Assembly (NCBI GenBank): GCA_964230645.1 | Contig: CAXRHT010000002.1 | Span: forward strand, 1,024,001-1,088,000 | Reading direction: 5' to 3' | Source: Bdellovibrionales bacterium | GTDB taxonomy: Bacteria; Bdellovibrionota; Bdellovibrionia; Bdellovibrionales; JAGQZY01 | DNA: 64,000 nucleotides | Shown: positions 21,668-31,799 of the stretch, piece by piece | Position numbering within the stretch: position 1 is the first letter of the stretch | Layout of the letters: the number at the start of each line of letters is the position of its first letter | The notes under the pieces: generated by a model | What the model saw: the letters and a program-made list of their open reading frames with translations, nothing else | Database searches by the model: none | Told to the model about the DNA's origin: nothing | Position numbers and translations under genes: made by a program

Positions 21668-22984
21668 TTGAGAGTGTTTCTAAAAATTGGCTTTTTTATT
21701 CTTGTGTGCGCCGGACTCTGTCAGTGCTCAGACACCCAACTGGGAGAGAATCTTTCTTTAAGCTCCAATCGTCCTGATGAGATTATCGATGGGGCGGATA
21801 ACATCCCACCGGAGCTTTCGGGAAACATTATAGAAGCTCTTGACTCGCAAGTGGACCGTCACCCCACATCCCAGTGGCCGGCAGCAACAGACAATAAAAA
21901 AGTGAGTCACTACCAGATCGCAATAGCTTTTGATAATGGCAATAACCAATGTGAAGAAGCCGATTTAAATAATTTGGCTCTGGGCTGGAAGAACGTTCCA
22001 AAGGACGTGGATTTTCAGGGCGCAGGCTATCAGCTGATTTCCGGACAACTTGATGGTGATGGAGAGGCTCTTAGTTTCAATTTACAAGGGGACACCTCCT
22101 ACTGTACGGCTGTTCGCGCTGTTGATGAAAGTGACAACCTCTCGAGCCCCATTTTAAGCCAAAATTCCTGGTCGTTTTACTATCTTAGTTGTAGGCAAGC
22201 GCTCGAGAATGAACCGGGCCTTAACGACGGTATCCAAACACTCGACCCCGACGGAGTCAGTGGAGGCGCACCCTCCTTTGATGCTTTTTGTGATATGACC
22301 AGCGATGGAGGGGGATGGACCCTCGTCGTTCGCTACGATGCAAGCCTTGCTGATGGCGCAAATTATTTTTTACCTACAGGCTCAGCACGGTCTTTTTTAA
22401 ACTCTGGGGATTTGGCCAGTCTCAATAACACTGGAAACCTCTCGGCCTCAGCTAACCTTATTCCCTTTATCGAAAACGGCGCCACCATGTTAATGCATAT
22501 TGCAAAACCCAATGATGGGGCTATTGATAGCTCAACCTACGCCCATCGCTACTACAGTGAAATCTATCAGTCTGTTATCGATGATCCCACTCGTATTTTT
22601 GATCCCAATCTCGATACCGATAGTGGCGGAGTGGTGGGTACAGTGGTTGATGGCACCAGCGCTGTCAGAAGAGACCGTTGGTTTGAATCGGATATGACCT
22701 TAATGACGGTCTATGACACTGATGGAGACACATCCAATCGCCACCGAATTTCAGGGGGCGAGGGCTTAGCCATGTGGACCAACGGCAATCGTGAGGGAGC
22801 TGTCTACTGCACAGCCTCAAGTAGCAATGCGGAAGGTCACGGTGATCCGAAGGTTAATTGGGGTTTTGTCGGTCGCGATGGCGACACCCAGGGCTACGGC
22901 GGGTCAACCAACGTCGGCACCCACTGCAGTAGTGGACTTTCCTGTTCCCCCGCCGAGGACATCAATTTAATGTTTATTAGATAA
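21668..22984 (+). CDS. Lipoprotein with FN3-like region and fibrinogen-like domain
   Basis: Lipobox-like GLCQC; FN3-like YCTAVRAVDESDNLS; fibrinogen-like SC...DG..TLDPDG....FCDMTSDGGGWTLV and terminal LMFIR. Confidence 0.8.
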   Translation: MRVFLKIGFFILVCAGLCQCSDTQLGENLSLSSNRPDEIIDGADNIPPELSGNIIEALDSQVDRHPTSQWPAATDNKKVSHYQIAIAFDNGNNQCEEADLNNLALGWKNVPKDVDFQGAGYQLISGQLDGDGEALSFNLQGDTSYCTAVRAVDESDNLSSPILSQNSWSFYYLSCRQALENEPGLNDGIQTLDPDGVSGGAPSFDAFCDMTSDGGGWTLVVRYDASLADGANYFLPTGSARSFLNSGDLASLNNTGNLSASANLIPFIENGATMLMHIAKPNDGAIDSSTYAHRYYSEIYQSVIDDPTRIFDPNLDTDSGGVVGTVVDGTSAVRRDRWFESDMTLMTVYDTDGDTSNRHRISGGEGLAMWTNGNREGAVYCTASSSNAEGHGDPKVNWGFVGRDGDTQGYGGSTNVGTHCSSGLSCSPAEDINLMFIR

Positions 22985-22986
22985 TT

Positions 22987-24387
22987 TTAATTAGGAAGAC
23001 TTTGGGTAGCTTCAACCACCACTTGTAAATTTTCAAGGACAGGTGTTATTTCTTCATCACTAGAGAGTAAGGTGACTCGAATTTTCAAAAGTCCATTTGA
23101 AACATCCTCGCCCCCATCAAGATCAGGAATGGAGTCTGCGGAATTTAAATTTTTAAAGCCCCCCCAGGAGAGCCCTCCATCGAGAGACAAATTAGACTCC
23201 ACCACTATGTTCGTACCTGGTTCTAATTGTGAGGCCCATTCAACTCGTGAGCTTTCAACAAACTTTACCTTCGACAAATTAATGGTTGGAATTTCGAAAC
23301 TTCCTTGGGTCTCAAAGATACCAATAGTGCTATCAGGACTGAAAGCAGCCACCTGAAAAGATTCATTGGCGTGACTTCTCTCTCCATCGTCCACTTGATC
23401 CTCTTCAGCAAAAGCGTCATGGTTGGTAGAAGACCAAGTCCCCGCACCTCTCATCCAGTAGCCATCGGCTCCTCCGCCAGAGGCCCCCTTAACAATCAGG
23501 TCAGGAGCTGTGACAAAGCCAGTGTAGGTAATATCTTGAGGAGCATTGTCGACTCCTTGATTGTTACCATTGTCTTCGACTTTAAAAACATAATTCATAT
23601 CAACGAGTGATCCTGACCCAGTAGAAAAGGCCGCCCAGGCAATGTCTTCAGCTGCGGTGGGTGTCGATGTCTGAGCGGTCTCTTGCGCCAGAGTCATTTG
23701 GGTTGTGTTTACAGAATCACAAACAGAAGATTTAAAAGCGCCATTGTTATAGGTGTTTAAAGTATGTAGCACAATGGGGGGCGAAACAAAGGCCTGGGAA
23801 AACAAAACAGGATCACCCCCAAAACCTCCCGGAGAGGCATGATGATTTGAAGTGTTGAGAACACCCGCTTCTATCACTAAACCATTGGCAAAAGTATGAC
23901 GTCCTTTTTCGAGAACAAGGTAGGTGACTGTCTCTGGATTGCTGATGCCATCAGCGTTTGGATCTTCTATAAAGATCTCCATTCCTGTTGAACCGACATT
24001 ATTAACTCTCACATCCAAAGACTCATTGTTATTTCTTGAAGGAATATAGGCGAGCACAACGGGATCTTCATAAGTGTTGCGAAATTGCACCTGAGTGGGA
24101 GGACCCAAATTGATCTCCTCAGAAATAGATAAGCGCCCCGTTTCACCGATCACCAATCGCTCAAGTTGAAGCTCCCCTGCCCCAGAGATTTGCACATTAG
24201 AAAGGGCTCCCTCTTGAAAATCACTGGGTGTATTGAAATTTTCTTCAATAGAGAGACCTGGTATGAATGAAATATCCTCGACACTGTCTAGGGTCAGTTG
24301 ACCACCAAGATCTGTTTCCCCGCAATCACTCAAGATGAATAGAAGACAGACCAAAAATAAAGAACGACAAATCGGAAGAAGTTTCAT
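22987..24387 (-). CDS. Lipoprotein with three H-type-lectin-like repeats nested in a split beta-sandwich
   Basis: Lipobox ILSDC. Repeats QFRNTYEDPVV, LFSQAFVSPPIV, TYTGFVTAPDLI. Flanking segments FQEG..SNV..GELQL and SLDGG.SW...TPVLENLQV. ATGA overlap with the upstream barrel gene. Confidence 0.7.
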   Translation of the reverse strand: MKLLPICRSLFLVCLLFILSDCGETDLGGQLTLDSVEDISFIPGLSIEENFNTPSDFQEGALSNVQISGAGELQLERLVIGETGRLSISEEINLGPPTQVQFRNTYEDPVVLAYIPSRNNNESLDVRVNNVGSTGMEIFIEDPNADGISNPETVTYLVLEKGRHTFANGLVIEAGVLNTSNHHASPGGFGGDPVLFSQAFVSPPIVLHTLNTYNNGAFKSSVCDSVNTTQMTLAQETAQTSTPTAAEDIAWAAFSTGSGSLVDMNYVFKVEDNGNNQGVDNAPQDITYTGFVTAPDLIVKGASGGGADGYWMRGAGTWSSTNHDAFAEEDQVDDGERSHANESFQVAAFSPDSTIGIFETQGSFEIPTINLSKVKFVESSRVEWASQLEPGTNIVVESNLSLDGGLSWGGFKNLNSADSIPDLDGGEDVSNGLLKIRVTLLSSDEEITPVLENLQVVVEATQSLPN

Positions 24388-25712
24388 GGTGCTCCTTCAT
24401 CGAGAAGCCAGCGAACTCCAGCATTGATTTGCCCCCCTAAATTGTTTTGTTGATAGGTTGCAGGATTGTCGTCTTGATAGCGCAATTGCAATCCTAATTG
24501 GAAATAGAGTTGGTCTTTAATTTCGATGTAATTAAGCAAACGGGATTCGATCGCAAAACCACCATCCAATTTATAGGAACCCTCAGAGGTTGGAAAATAC
24601 TGTTGGTAGGAAATATCCCAGAGGGCTGCCATATCGTAATTCCATAGGAACTCCCTTCCTAGTGAGACTTTTCCGTAGGGAACTGCTATATGTTTGGCTT
24701 CAATTCGATTATTAGCTCTTGAAACAAAACTAGGGACAGCTCCTAGCCCCCCGCCCACTCCTAAAAATAGAGGGCCAAGGTCAAACTTTTGCTGCAGGCC
24801 AAGATCGTAACGATAGTGAGTGGACTGACTAATTGGAACACTAATATCCTGCTTGAAGTTTTCTGTTTGAATTTCAGCCATGAGATTTAAATTGAGCCAG
24901 GACTCTTTCCAATCCAATTGACCACGCAGACCAAATCCTGGCTCAATTCCAATATCACCACTGGCTCCATTGGAGCCCTTTATAGAATATTGCCTTGAGG
25001 CACTGATTAAAGCCAGACCTCCTGAAATTCCCGAGCTCTTTTCAAAAGCTGCCTTCGAGGTTCCCAAAGAGGCAAGCCCTCTAAATTTTTTTCTCTTCAA
25101 AGGAATTTCAATGAAAGCCGTGGAGTTGCCATCGTTTTTTGTATGAACTTTGATTCCCATACCCTTCAATTGACGATGAATAGGGTCATCTTTAGAAAGG
25201 GGTACGCGAATGACCGGTTTTCCTAAATGATAGTCCTTTTGATTAAATCGATTGGAAGCAACGTTTCGTTTGGCCTTTTTCTCTCTTTCTAACAGGCGTA
25301 CCAAATTCTTTAAATTAAGATTGTCAGTGTGAGGCTGAGGGCCACCTTGATGATCAGCGTTCACAAGGAAAAGCTGTCCCCGCTGAACGATGGCTTTCCA
25401 CCCTTGATAACCCTTACGCCGCAATATAGGCAAATAGACCTTTTCTCCTACAATACTTAGGTTTTCGTTATTATTGTATTTCCAAGCGAACTCAGGGTTG
25501 AGTTGATGAAAACGATGAAGCGCTCCCCTCGAACCATACACCGGAAATAATCCTAAGCGGGTAAGAACATCGGCCGGTGTTTCATTTTCCAAAAAAACAT
25601 AATGGACGTACTTATCATGAATCTTCGGCCTGTCTTTGGCAGAGGCTTTCGTCGCATCGAAAACGATGACAATTAAAGAGATCAAAAATAAAAAACCAAA
25701 CCATTTTTTCAT
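24384..25712 (-). CDS. Secreted protein: LysM-like N-terminus plus C-terminal outer-membrane beta-barrel
   Basis: Signal peptide; ETPADVL...LNP...GEKVYLP (LysM-like); amphipathic strands ending AGVRW; RNVAS and RGLAS motifs in the linker. Confidence 0.65.
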   Translation of the reverse strand: MKKWFGFLFLISLIVIVFDATKASAKDRPKIHDKYVHYVFLENETPADVLTRLGLFPVYGSRGALHRFHQLNPEFAWKYNNNENLSIVGEKVYLPILRRKGYQGWKAIVQRGQLFLVNADHQGGPQPHTDNLNLKNLVRLLEREKKAKRNVASNRFNQKDYHLGKPVIRVPLSKDDPIHRQLKGMGIKVHTKNDGNSTAFIEIPLKRKKFRGLASLGTSKAAFEKSSGISGGLALISASRQYSIKGSNGASGDIGIEPGFGLRGQLDWKESWLNLNLMAEIQTENFKQDISVPISQSTHYRYDLGLQQKFDLGPLFLGVGGGLGAVPSFVSRANNRIEAKHIAVPYGKVSLGREFLWNYDMAALWDISYQQYFPTSEGSYKLDGGFAIESRLLNYIEIKDQLYFQLGLQLRYQDDNPATYQQNNLGGQINAGVRWLLDEGAP

Positions 25713-25722
25713 TTCACAATAG

Positions 25723-25749
25723 TATTCGGTCTCTAAATGAGAAAACTTA
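25723..25749 (-). promoter_or_regulatory. Putative sigma28 (FliA) promoter
   Basis: TAAG-N15-ACCGAATA, ending 10 nt before ATG 25712. Confidence 0.65.
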
Positions 25750-25835
25750 AGATTTCCGGGTGATTAGAACAACTGTGTCAATAAAGTTACTTGCAGTCAC
25801 TAGCCCATGGGCAGGTCAGAAAAAACCAAACTAGA

Positions 25836-25898
25836 CAAAAGGTGCCTTGTTCCTTTTGGTATTGCAGGACAGTACCAGAAGGAGCCAGGCACCTTTTG
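25836..25898. repeat. Inverted doublet of short palindromic REP-like units forming a ~29-bp hairpin
   Basis: CAAAAGGTGCCTTGTTCCTTTTGGTATTG-cagga-CAGTACCAGAAGGAGCCAGGCACCTTTTG; each half is itself an AAGG...CCTTTT palindrome. Confidence 0.7.
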
Positions 25899-25903
25899 GG
25901 AAT

Positions 25904-25936
25904 AAAAAAAGCCAAGATGAGGTGCATCTTGGCTTT
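25904..25936 (-). terminator. Rho-independent terminator of prc
   Basis: Minus strand AAAGCCAAGATG-cacct-CATCTTGGCTTTTTTT. Confidence 0.85.
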
Positions 25937-25960
25937 GTATTGGCTTTTATTTTTAGTTAG

Positions 25961-28030
25961 TTAAATTCCTGAGCTTGGGGTGCTAGCTGGAGCCTTTTTT
26001 TTTGTGTCCTTAGCGATTTTTAAGGGCACAGAAGACTGCACATCAATTAGATCCACTAGGACATTGACCGCTTCTTTCACATCAGGACGTTTATGGTACT
26101 CAGCCACTTTCTCTTTTTCTGAAAGAGTTTTTTGCTTTTCGTACTCATCCTTCTTGTCTTTTCTCTCATCAAAAGAGTCGCCCAGGACAATTCCTTTCTT
26201 TTCTTCCGCTTTGGCCTTTTTAACCTCGGCGATAATTTCCTGGAACTCTTTGTCCTTTTTAACACGGATAGCAGAGCGTTTAGCTAGCTTTTCAATAGTA
26301 GAGCCTTTAACCATTTTCCAAGCGCCTTTTCCAGAAGACACAAACGCACTCTTAGAAATAAAGTTTTGAATTTTCTTGGGAGGAAGAGAGTGATCTAGAG
26401 TCTTTTCCCCAATATCATTTCCATCAAGCTCGGAAGGAAGAACAATATGGGATGTCACACCTCTATGTTGGGTGGAGTATCCTCCAGGAGTAAAGAACAT
26501 CCCCACAGTCACTTTAAGAGCCCCAAGACCTGGAGAAAGTGGAATCACCTGCTGCACACTTCCTTTACCGAAAGTGTGATCCGCTCCGACCACAATGGCT
26601 CGGTCGTAATCTTTTAAAGTTCCCGCCACAATCTCTGAGGCCGAAGCACTGATGCGACTGGTAAGAACAACAAGAGGACCTGTCCAATCCACCATAGGAT
26701 CTTCATCCTTGAGTGGCACTGGCTTCAAACGTGGATTTTTATTGGATTGCTTCACCACATTTCCTGTCTTAAAAAACAGTCCGGCCAAATCAACGGCGTC
26801 ACTAAGACTTCCGCCTCCGTTATGAGACATATCTAAAATCAGTCCATCCACTTTTTCCGCTTTGGCTTTACGGATGATGGCTTTAACATCTCTTGCACTA
26901 GAGCGATCTCCCTTACTAGAGGCATAGAAGGAAGGTAGGTTAATGATACCTACTTTTCTCTTCACACCGTTGACTTCTTTATTCATGAAGGTCAGTTGAG
27001 CGGCTTCGTCCTCTAATTTGATTTTGTCACGAACAAGAGTCACTGTGTGGTGCTCGGTTTTTCCTTTGCGCTGTCTGAGAATTTTTAAACGCACCTTTGA
27101 GCCTTTTTTACCACGGATCAAGCGAACCACATCACGCAGGTCCCACTCCACCACATTTTCAAAAGCCTCTGGTCGACCCTTTTTAAATTGACCAACAGCA
27201 ATGATTTTATCTTTAGGGAAAATTTTACCGGATCTCTCAGCCGCTCCCCCTTTTACCAATGAATCCACAACAGTGAATCCATCCTCTGGAGTTAGAGTGG
27301 CACCAATTCCTTCAAGAGAAAGGGACATTTGAATTTCAAAATCTTCAAGAGCGTCGGCTGAAAAGTAGCTGGTGTGAGGGTCAAGAGAGTGAGAAAAAGA
27401 ATTGATATAACCAACAAGAACATCTTCTTTTTTGGTTTTCTTCATTTTTCTCAAGGTTCTATCATAACTCTTCGCTACAAGCTTTGTGGCTTCTTTGAGT
27501 TTCTTACCCGTGATCAAACGGTTGGAGATTTGAAAGTGAATGTATTTTTCTTGGAGCCTTTTTAGTTCCTTTTTGCTCTTAGCCCAACCTCTTTCTTTGG
27601 GGTCTAAAACAATTCGGATGGTTTTATCAAATTTGAAATCTTTTTTAAGAAGATCTTTTGCATAATCCGCGCGCTCTTTCATTTTGCGAATATAGAAGTC
27701 TTGAATGTCGAAAAGCTGTTTACACTGACCCTTATCAATATTCTTAAAAATATTGGCCATTTTGTGCTTTAACATCTTTACATCCGCTTGAGTGAAGAAA
27801 ATCTTCATCGGATCGAAAGAATCGATATGCTCTTTGATCGTGCGCTTTTCCAAGGTGCTTGTTTTTTTACTTGTGTTGATATGGGCTATAAGAAAGCCTT
27901 TTTTAATATCAGCGATATTTTCACACTTTAGATTCGCTTTCTTTGCATCTGAAAAAAGTGACCATTGGGCGTGACCGAATTGAAAGGTGAGAAGTGTGGC
28001 CAAAATCAGTGCAATTTGTTTCATAAACAT
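25961..28030 (-). CDS. prc: Tail-specific (C-terminal processing) protease, S41A, Prc/Tsp-like
   Basis: Signal peptide, LDPHTSY, SLEGIGA, PDZ domain, NGGGSL, SASASEI, GKGSVQ, STQHRGV. Confidence 0.9.
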   Translation of the reverse strand: MFMKQIALILATLLTFQFGHAQWSLFSDAKKANLKCENIADIKKGFLIAHINTSKKTSTLEKRTIKEHIDSFDPMKIFFTQADVKMLKHKMANIFKNIDKGQCKQLFDIQDFYIRKMKERADYAKDLLKKDFKFDKTIRIVLDPKERGWAKSKKELKRLQEKYIHFQISNRLITGKKLKEATKLVAKSYDRTLRKMKKTKKEDVLVGYINSFSHSLDPHTSYFSADALEDFEIQMSLSLEGIGATLTPEDGFTVVDSLVKGGAAERSGKIFPKDKIIAVGQFKKGRPEAFENVVEWDLRDVVRLIRGKKGSKVRLKILRQRKGKTEHHTVTLVRDKIKLEDEAAQLTFMNKEVNGVKRKVGIINLPSFYASSKGDRSSARDVKAIIRKAKAEKVDGLILDMSHNGGGSLSDAVDLAGLFFKTGNVVKQSNKNPRLKPVPLKDEDPMVDWTGPLVVLTSRISASASEIVAGTLKDYDRAIVVGADHTFGKGSVQQVIPLSPGLGALKVTVGMFFTPGGYSTQHRGVTSHIVLPSELDGNDIGEKTLDHSLPPKKIQNFISKSAFVSSGKGAWKMVKGSTIEKLAKRSAIRVKKDKEFQEIIAEVKKAKAEEKKGIVLGDSFDERKDKKDEYEKQKTLSEKEKVAEYHKRPDVKEAVNVLVDLIDVQSSVPLKIAKDTKKKAPASTPSSGI

Positions 28031-28200
28031 TCCTTTTCTAGGGATTTATAACTAGTAGTATAGCAAGTATCGGAGTATTTTTTGATTCTCTTTTTATATT
28101 CCTGGTCTTATTTTCTAAGACTGGACCCCCATCCAATAGCTATACCTTATATATTGGTTGTCATGGCAGAGTCACCCGCCAAGATGCACAGAAAATGAAC

Positions 28201-28941
28201 TCAGTGGCTCTCACTATGAGACAGTTCGACTTCCGACATTTTGACCTCCTTTAGTCCAGCTTCATAGAGGAAAAAGCAGTGATGAGGATTGCGCTGCTTA
28301 AGATCTAAAAATTTCTTACGTGTCGCTTTTATATTGGTAGGATCATCGTCAGAATAGCCAAATCGATGATCCGGCTCGTGACCAAATTCTAAATAGATCT
28401 GCTCAATGAAATGGTGCAGTGCCTGTTTTTTAAGAGGAGAAACCAAATCAGGGCCCGTCCACTTTAAGAGGGCTTTAGTCTGAGGACTCGTTACCGCGTA
28501 AATACTGTGGATATCGGGTTTATGAGGAATCAGTTTCTGCTCAGCCAACCAATGAATTCCCTCACGGATTCTATCGGGATGGTGACCACGGGCCGTGATT
28601 ATGGAAATGGTTCTTTGGCGATTGATCGCTTTTAAAAAGCGCTCCCAGGAAGGGCCTTGCCACGAGGGCTGCGAAGTCGCCTTTTTTAGGTCCTCTAAAA
28701 AGGGCGAGTGAGAGTTATCCGATGGATCTGCAAATTGCCTGAAACTTTTTCCGGGACTAGGATCGATGACATAGTCCTCATAGAGCCCCATTTTCCCAAC
28801 TTCTGTGCGGTGTTGAACATATTCACTTGAGGTGAGGGTTAACTCCTCACCGGTTTGCTTATGATAGATATAGGTTTCCGACTGTGTGTGGATAATGTTG
28901 TCATCAAAATCAAAAATATAAAAACTTTTCGCTGACTTCAT
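28201..28941 (-). CDS. HAD-superfamily phosphatase-like protein
   Basis: Motif I FDFDDN, motif II ITARGH, LKK, motif IV YSDDD; ATGA overlap with the topA stop. Confidence 0.75.
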   Translation of the reverse strand: MKSAKSFYIFDFDDNIIHTQSETYIYHKQTGEELTLTSSEYVQHRTEVGKMGLYEDYVIDPSPGKSFRQFADPSDNSHSPFLEDLKKATSQPSWQGPSWERFLKAINRQRTISIITARGHHPDRIREGIHWLAEQKLIPHKPDIHSIYAVTSPQTKALLKWTGPDLVSPLKKQALHHFIEQIYLEFGHEPDHRFGYSDDDPTNIKATRKKFLDLKQRNPHHCFFLYEAGLKEVKMSEVELSHSESH

Positions 28942-31649
28942 GTTTCCGTGGTGGAACTTTGCTCACTACTGGCTTTTTTAGTGGCTTTTTTTGCCTTTTT
29001 AGCCGTCTTCTTTTTTTTAGCCTTTTTTTTCACTTTTGATGAACTCTTTGTAACCTTGGCTTTCTTTTTGGCACTTTTCTTTTTTGTCTTCTTTTTGGCC
29101 TTCTTTTTCTTCTTCTTTTTAACTTTCGAAAGCTTATCACTAAGTAGTTCGATAGCTTTTTCAGCCGTCACATCATCAATTTCCAAATCATCAGGAAGAG
29201 AGACATTGATTTTACCCATCTTTATATAGGGCCCGTAGCGACCATTAAAGACATTCATATCCTCTTCTACTTCGGGGTGCTTACCGAGCTCTTTTAAAGG
29301 TGCCGCTCGACCGCGTCCTCTTTTCGGTTGCGAAAGAAGTCCCATGGCAAAATCGAAATCCACTTCAAATAAACTTTGAGTTTTCGGAACAGAACGAAAG
29401 TCACCATCACAGACCACATAAGGACCAAAACGTCCAATGCCGACTTTCACATCTTTTTTGAGTTCAGGATGCTCTCCCAAAGTTTTAGGAAGAGACAAAA
29501 GAAACAGAGCTTGCTCGATGGTCACGTCCTCAGGTTCAAGACCTTGTGGAAGAGTGGTTCGCTTAGGCTTGGCGTTGTCATCAGTGGCATCACCTCTTTG
29601 CACATAGGGACCATAACGACCAGTAAGAACGTAAACGGGCTCATCCGTCTCAGGGTCCACCCCAAGAGCGTCGGCTCCCTTAATTTTTTGATCAATCAAT
29701 TTATTGCAGTCCGCCGGAGTGATATCCGCAGGGGCTTGCGAATCAGGAAGAGAGGCGCACTGCTCTTCACCTTCGTTTAAACGACACACATAGGCGCCAT
29801 AACGGCCCACTCGAAAACTTAGGGAAGGTAGAGTTTCGAAATTAATTTGACGGGCCTTATCGGGGTCGATGTTCTCTTCTTGCTTTTCAACTTGGTCGCG
29901 AAGCCCTTTGTCTCCAAAGTAAACACTTTCCAGGAAGTCATTGGAGTTCAATTCGCCACCGGCGATATCATCCAATTTATTCTCCATTTCGGTGGTAAAG
30001 CCAAGATCGACATAGGTGGGTAAATGCTGATTAAGAAGCCTTGAGACAATCATTGCTGTGAAACTTGGAACAAGAGCATTACCCGACTTGTTCACATAAC
30101 CGCGATCGATGATCGTACTGATAATGGAAGCATAAGTTGAAGGTCTTCCAATCCCCTCTTTTTCCATCATCTGAACGAGTGAGGCCTCTGTGAAGCGAGC
30201 CGGCGGCTTGGTTTCATGCTCTTTTTCTTCCGCGGCACTGACTTCGATCACGTCCCCTTCATTCATTTTCGGAAGCAGGGTGCTTTCTTCTTTGTTATCT
30301 TCCTCGTCATCAGTACTTTCCACATAGACTTTCAAAAATCCTGGAAACTCAACCGACTGACCAGAGGCTGCAAAGATGGCCTCACCGGCTTTAATACGAG
30401 CATTCACTTGCTTAAGTTGAGCATTTGGAAGTTGAGAGGCAATCGTTCTCTTCCAGATAAGTTCATAGAGGCCAAGATTGACACCTTTTAATTTTGTTTC
30501 ATCAGGGGGAATCATCTCCGTTCCTGCTGGACGAATTGCTTCGTGAGCCTCTTGAGCTCCTTTGGCTTTTTTACCTTTATAGGTCCGAGGCTCTTTAGTG
30601 AGATAATCATTTCCGTAAAGACTTTTGATTCTTGAACGAGCCGCTTCGATGGCTTGAGTGGAAAGAGAATTTGAATCCGTTCTCATATAGGTAATATGCC
30701 CTTGCTCGTAAAGCTTCTGAGCCACTTGCATGGTTTCTTTGGCACTTAACCCAAGTTTTCTGTTCGCTTCCTGTTGCAGAGTTGAGGTGATAAAAGGAGG
30801 TGCGGGTTTGCGGCTAATAGGACGCTCTTCCACACTTTGCACAGTCCAATCAGTGCTTAGGACCTCATCTTTTATTTGTTTCACTAACTTTTCATCCACC
30901 CAAAGAGTGTCGTCTTCTTTTGATTTTAAAAGTTTCCCAGTGTCGGCATCAAAATCTTTTCCAGAGGCGGTCTTTTTACCTTTATAACTCCAAAGCCTGG
31001 ACTCAAAGGATTTTTTATCTTTAAGGTTTTTGGCGTAAAGGCCCCAGTAGTTGGCTTTTTTAAATTTCAAACGCTGAGTTTCACGCTCGGAGATCAGTTT
31101 CACGGCCACCGACTGAACTCTTCCCGCAGACAAACCGTAGGCCACTTTTTTCCAAAGAAGCGGAGAGATGGTGTAACCCACTAAGCGATCAAGAATACGG
31201 CGAGCCTCTTGGGCACGCACCAGGTCCATATCGATCTCGCGAAAATCCTCAAGGGCTTTATTGATAGCCGACTTGGTGATCTCGTGAAAAACCATTCGTT
31301 TAGTCTTAATTTTTGGTTTTAATACTTCCACGAGGTGCCAACTGATGCTCTCCCCTTCACGGTCTTCATCGGTTGCGAGAATGAGCTCGTCAGCATCTTT
31401 GAGTAAGGATTTAAGCTCTCGCACCACTTTCGTTTTGGTACGAGGGATACAGTAAATAGGGTCGAAGTCTTTTTCTACGTTGACCCCAAGCCGTGACCAG
31501 GGCTCCTTTTTGAATTTTTCAGGAATATCTTTGGCCGATTGCGGAAGGTCACGAATGTGCCCCATACAGGATTCGACGTGATAATCCGGTCCTAAAAACT
31601 TTTTAATGGTTCTGGCTTTTGTTGGGGACTCAACGATGACTAGCTTCAT
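28938..31649 (-). CDS. topA: DNA topoisomerase I (type IA) with C-terminal repeats and Lys-rich tail
   Basis: IVESPTKA, ATDEDREGE, SAGRVQS, ITYMRTDS, QEAHEAIRP, GIGRPSTY; four GR(Y/F)G(P/A)Y C-terminal repeats; start reassigned to M14. Confidence 0.97.
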   Translation of the reverse strand: MKLVIVESPTKARTIKKFLGPDYHVESCMGHIRDLPQSAKDIPEKFKKEPWSRLGVNVEKDFDPIYCIPRTKTKVVRELKSLLKDADELILATDEDREGESISWHLVEVLKPKIKTKRMVFHEITKSAINKALEDFREIDMDLVRAQEARRILDRLVGYTISPLLWKKVAYGLSAGRVQSVAVKLISERETQRLKFKKANYWGLYAKNLKDKKSFESRLWSYKGKKTASGKDFDADTGKLLKSKEDDTLWVDEKLVKQIKDEVLSTDWTVQSVEERPISRKPAPPFITSTLQQEANRKLGLSAKETMQVAQKLYEQGHITYMRTDSNSLSTQAIEAARSRIKSLYGNDYLTKEPRTYKGKKAKGAQEAHEAIRPAGTEMIPPDETKLKGVNLGLYELIWKRTIASQLPNAQLKQVNARIKAGEAIFAASGQSVEFPGFLKVYVESTDDEEDNKEESTLLPKMNEGDVIEVSAAEEKEHETKPPARFTEASLVQMMEKEGIGRPSTYASIISTIIDRGYVNKSGNALVPSFTAMIVSRLLNQHLPTYVDLGFTTEMENKLDDIAGGELNSNDFLESVYFGDKGLRDQVEKQEENIDPDKARQINFETLPSLSFRVGRYGAYVCRLNEGEEQCASLPDSQAPADITPADCNKLIDQKIKGADALGVDPETDEPVYVLTGRYGPYVQRGDATDDNAKPKRTTLPQGLEPEDVTIEQALFLLSLPKTLGEHPELKKDVKVGIGRFGPYVVCDGDFRSVPKTQSLFEVDFDFAMGLLSQPKRGRGRAAPLKELGKHPEVEEDMNVFNGRYGPYIKMGKINVSLPDDLEIDDVTAEKAIELLSDKLSKVKKKKKKKAKKKTKKKSAKKKAKVTKSSSKVKKKAKKKKTAKKAKKATKKASSEQSSTTET

Positions 31650-31799
31650 AATCGACTCTATCCTTATATTTAGGGCTGTTACGTTCAAACAATGAAACCT
31701 AAAATTTGAGCTTGCAAGTGGATTTTATAACGCAATATAGTAACAAGCGATGAACAAGAGGAGATTCTCCTACAACATTAACGCATTGCGAAGGTCGCT

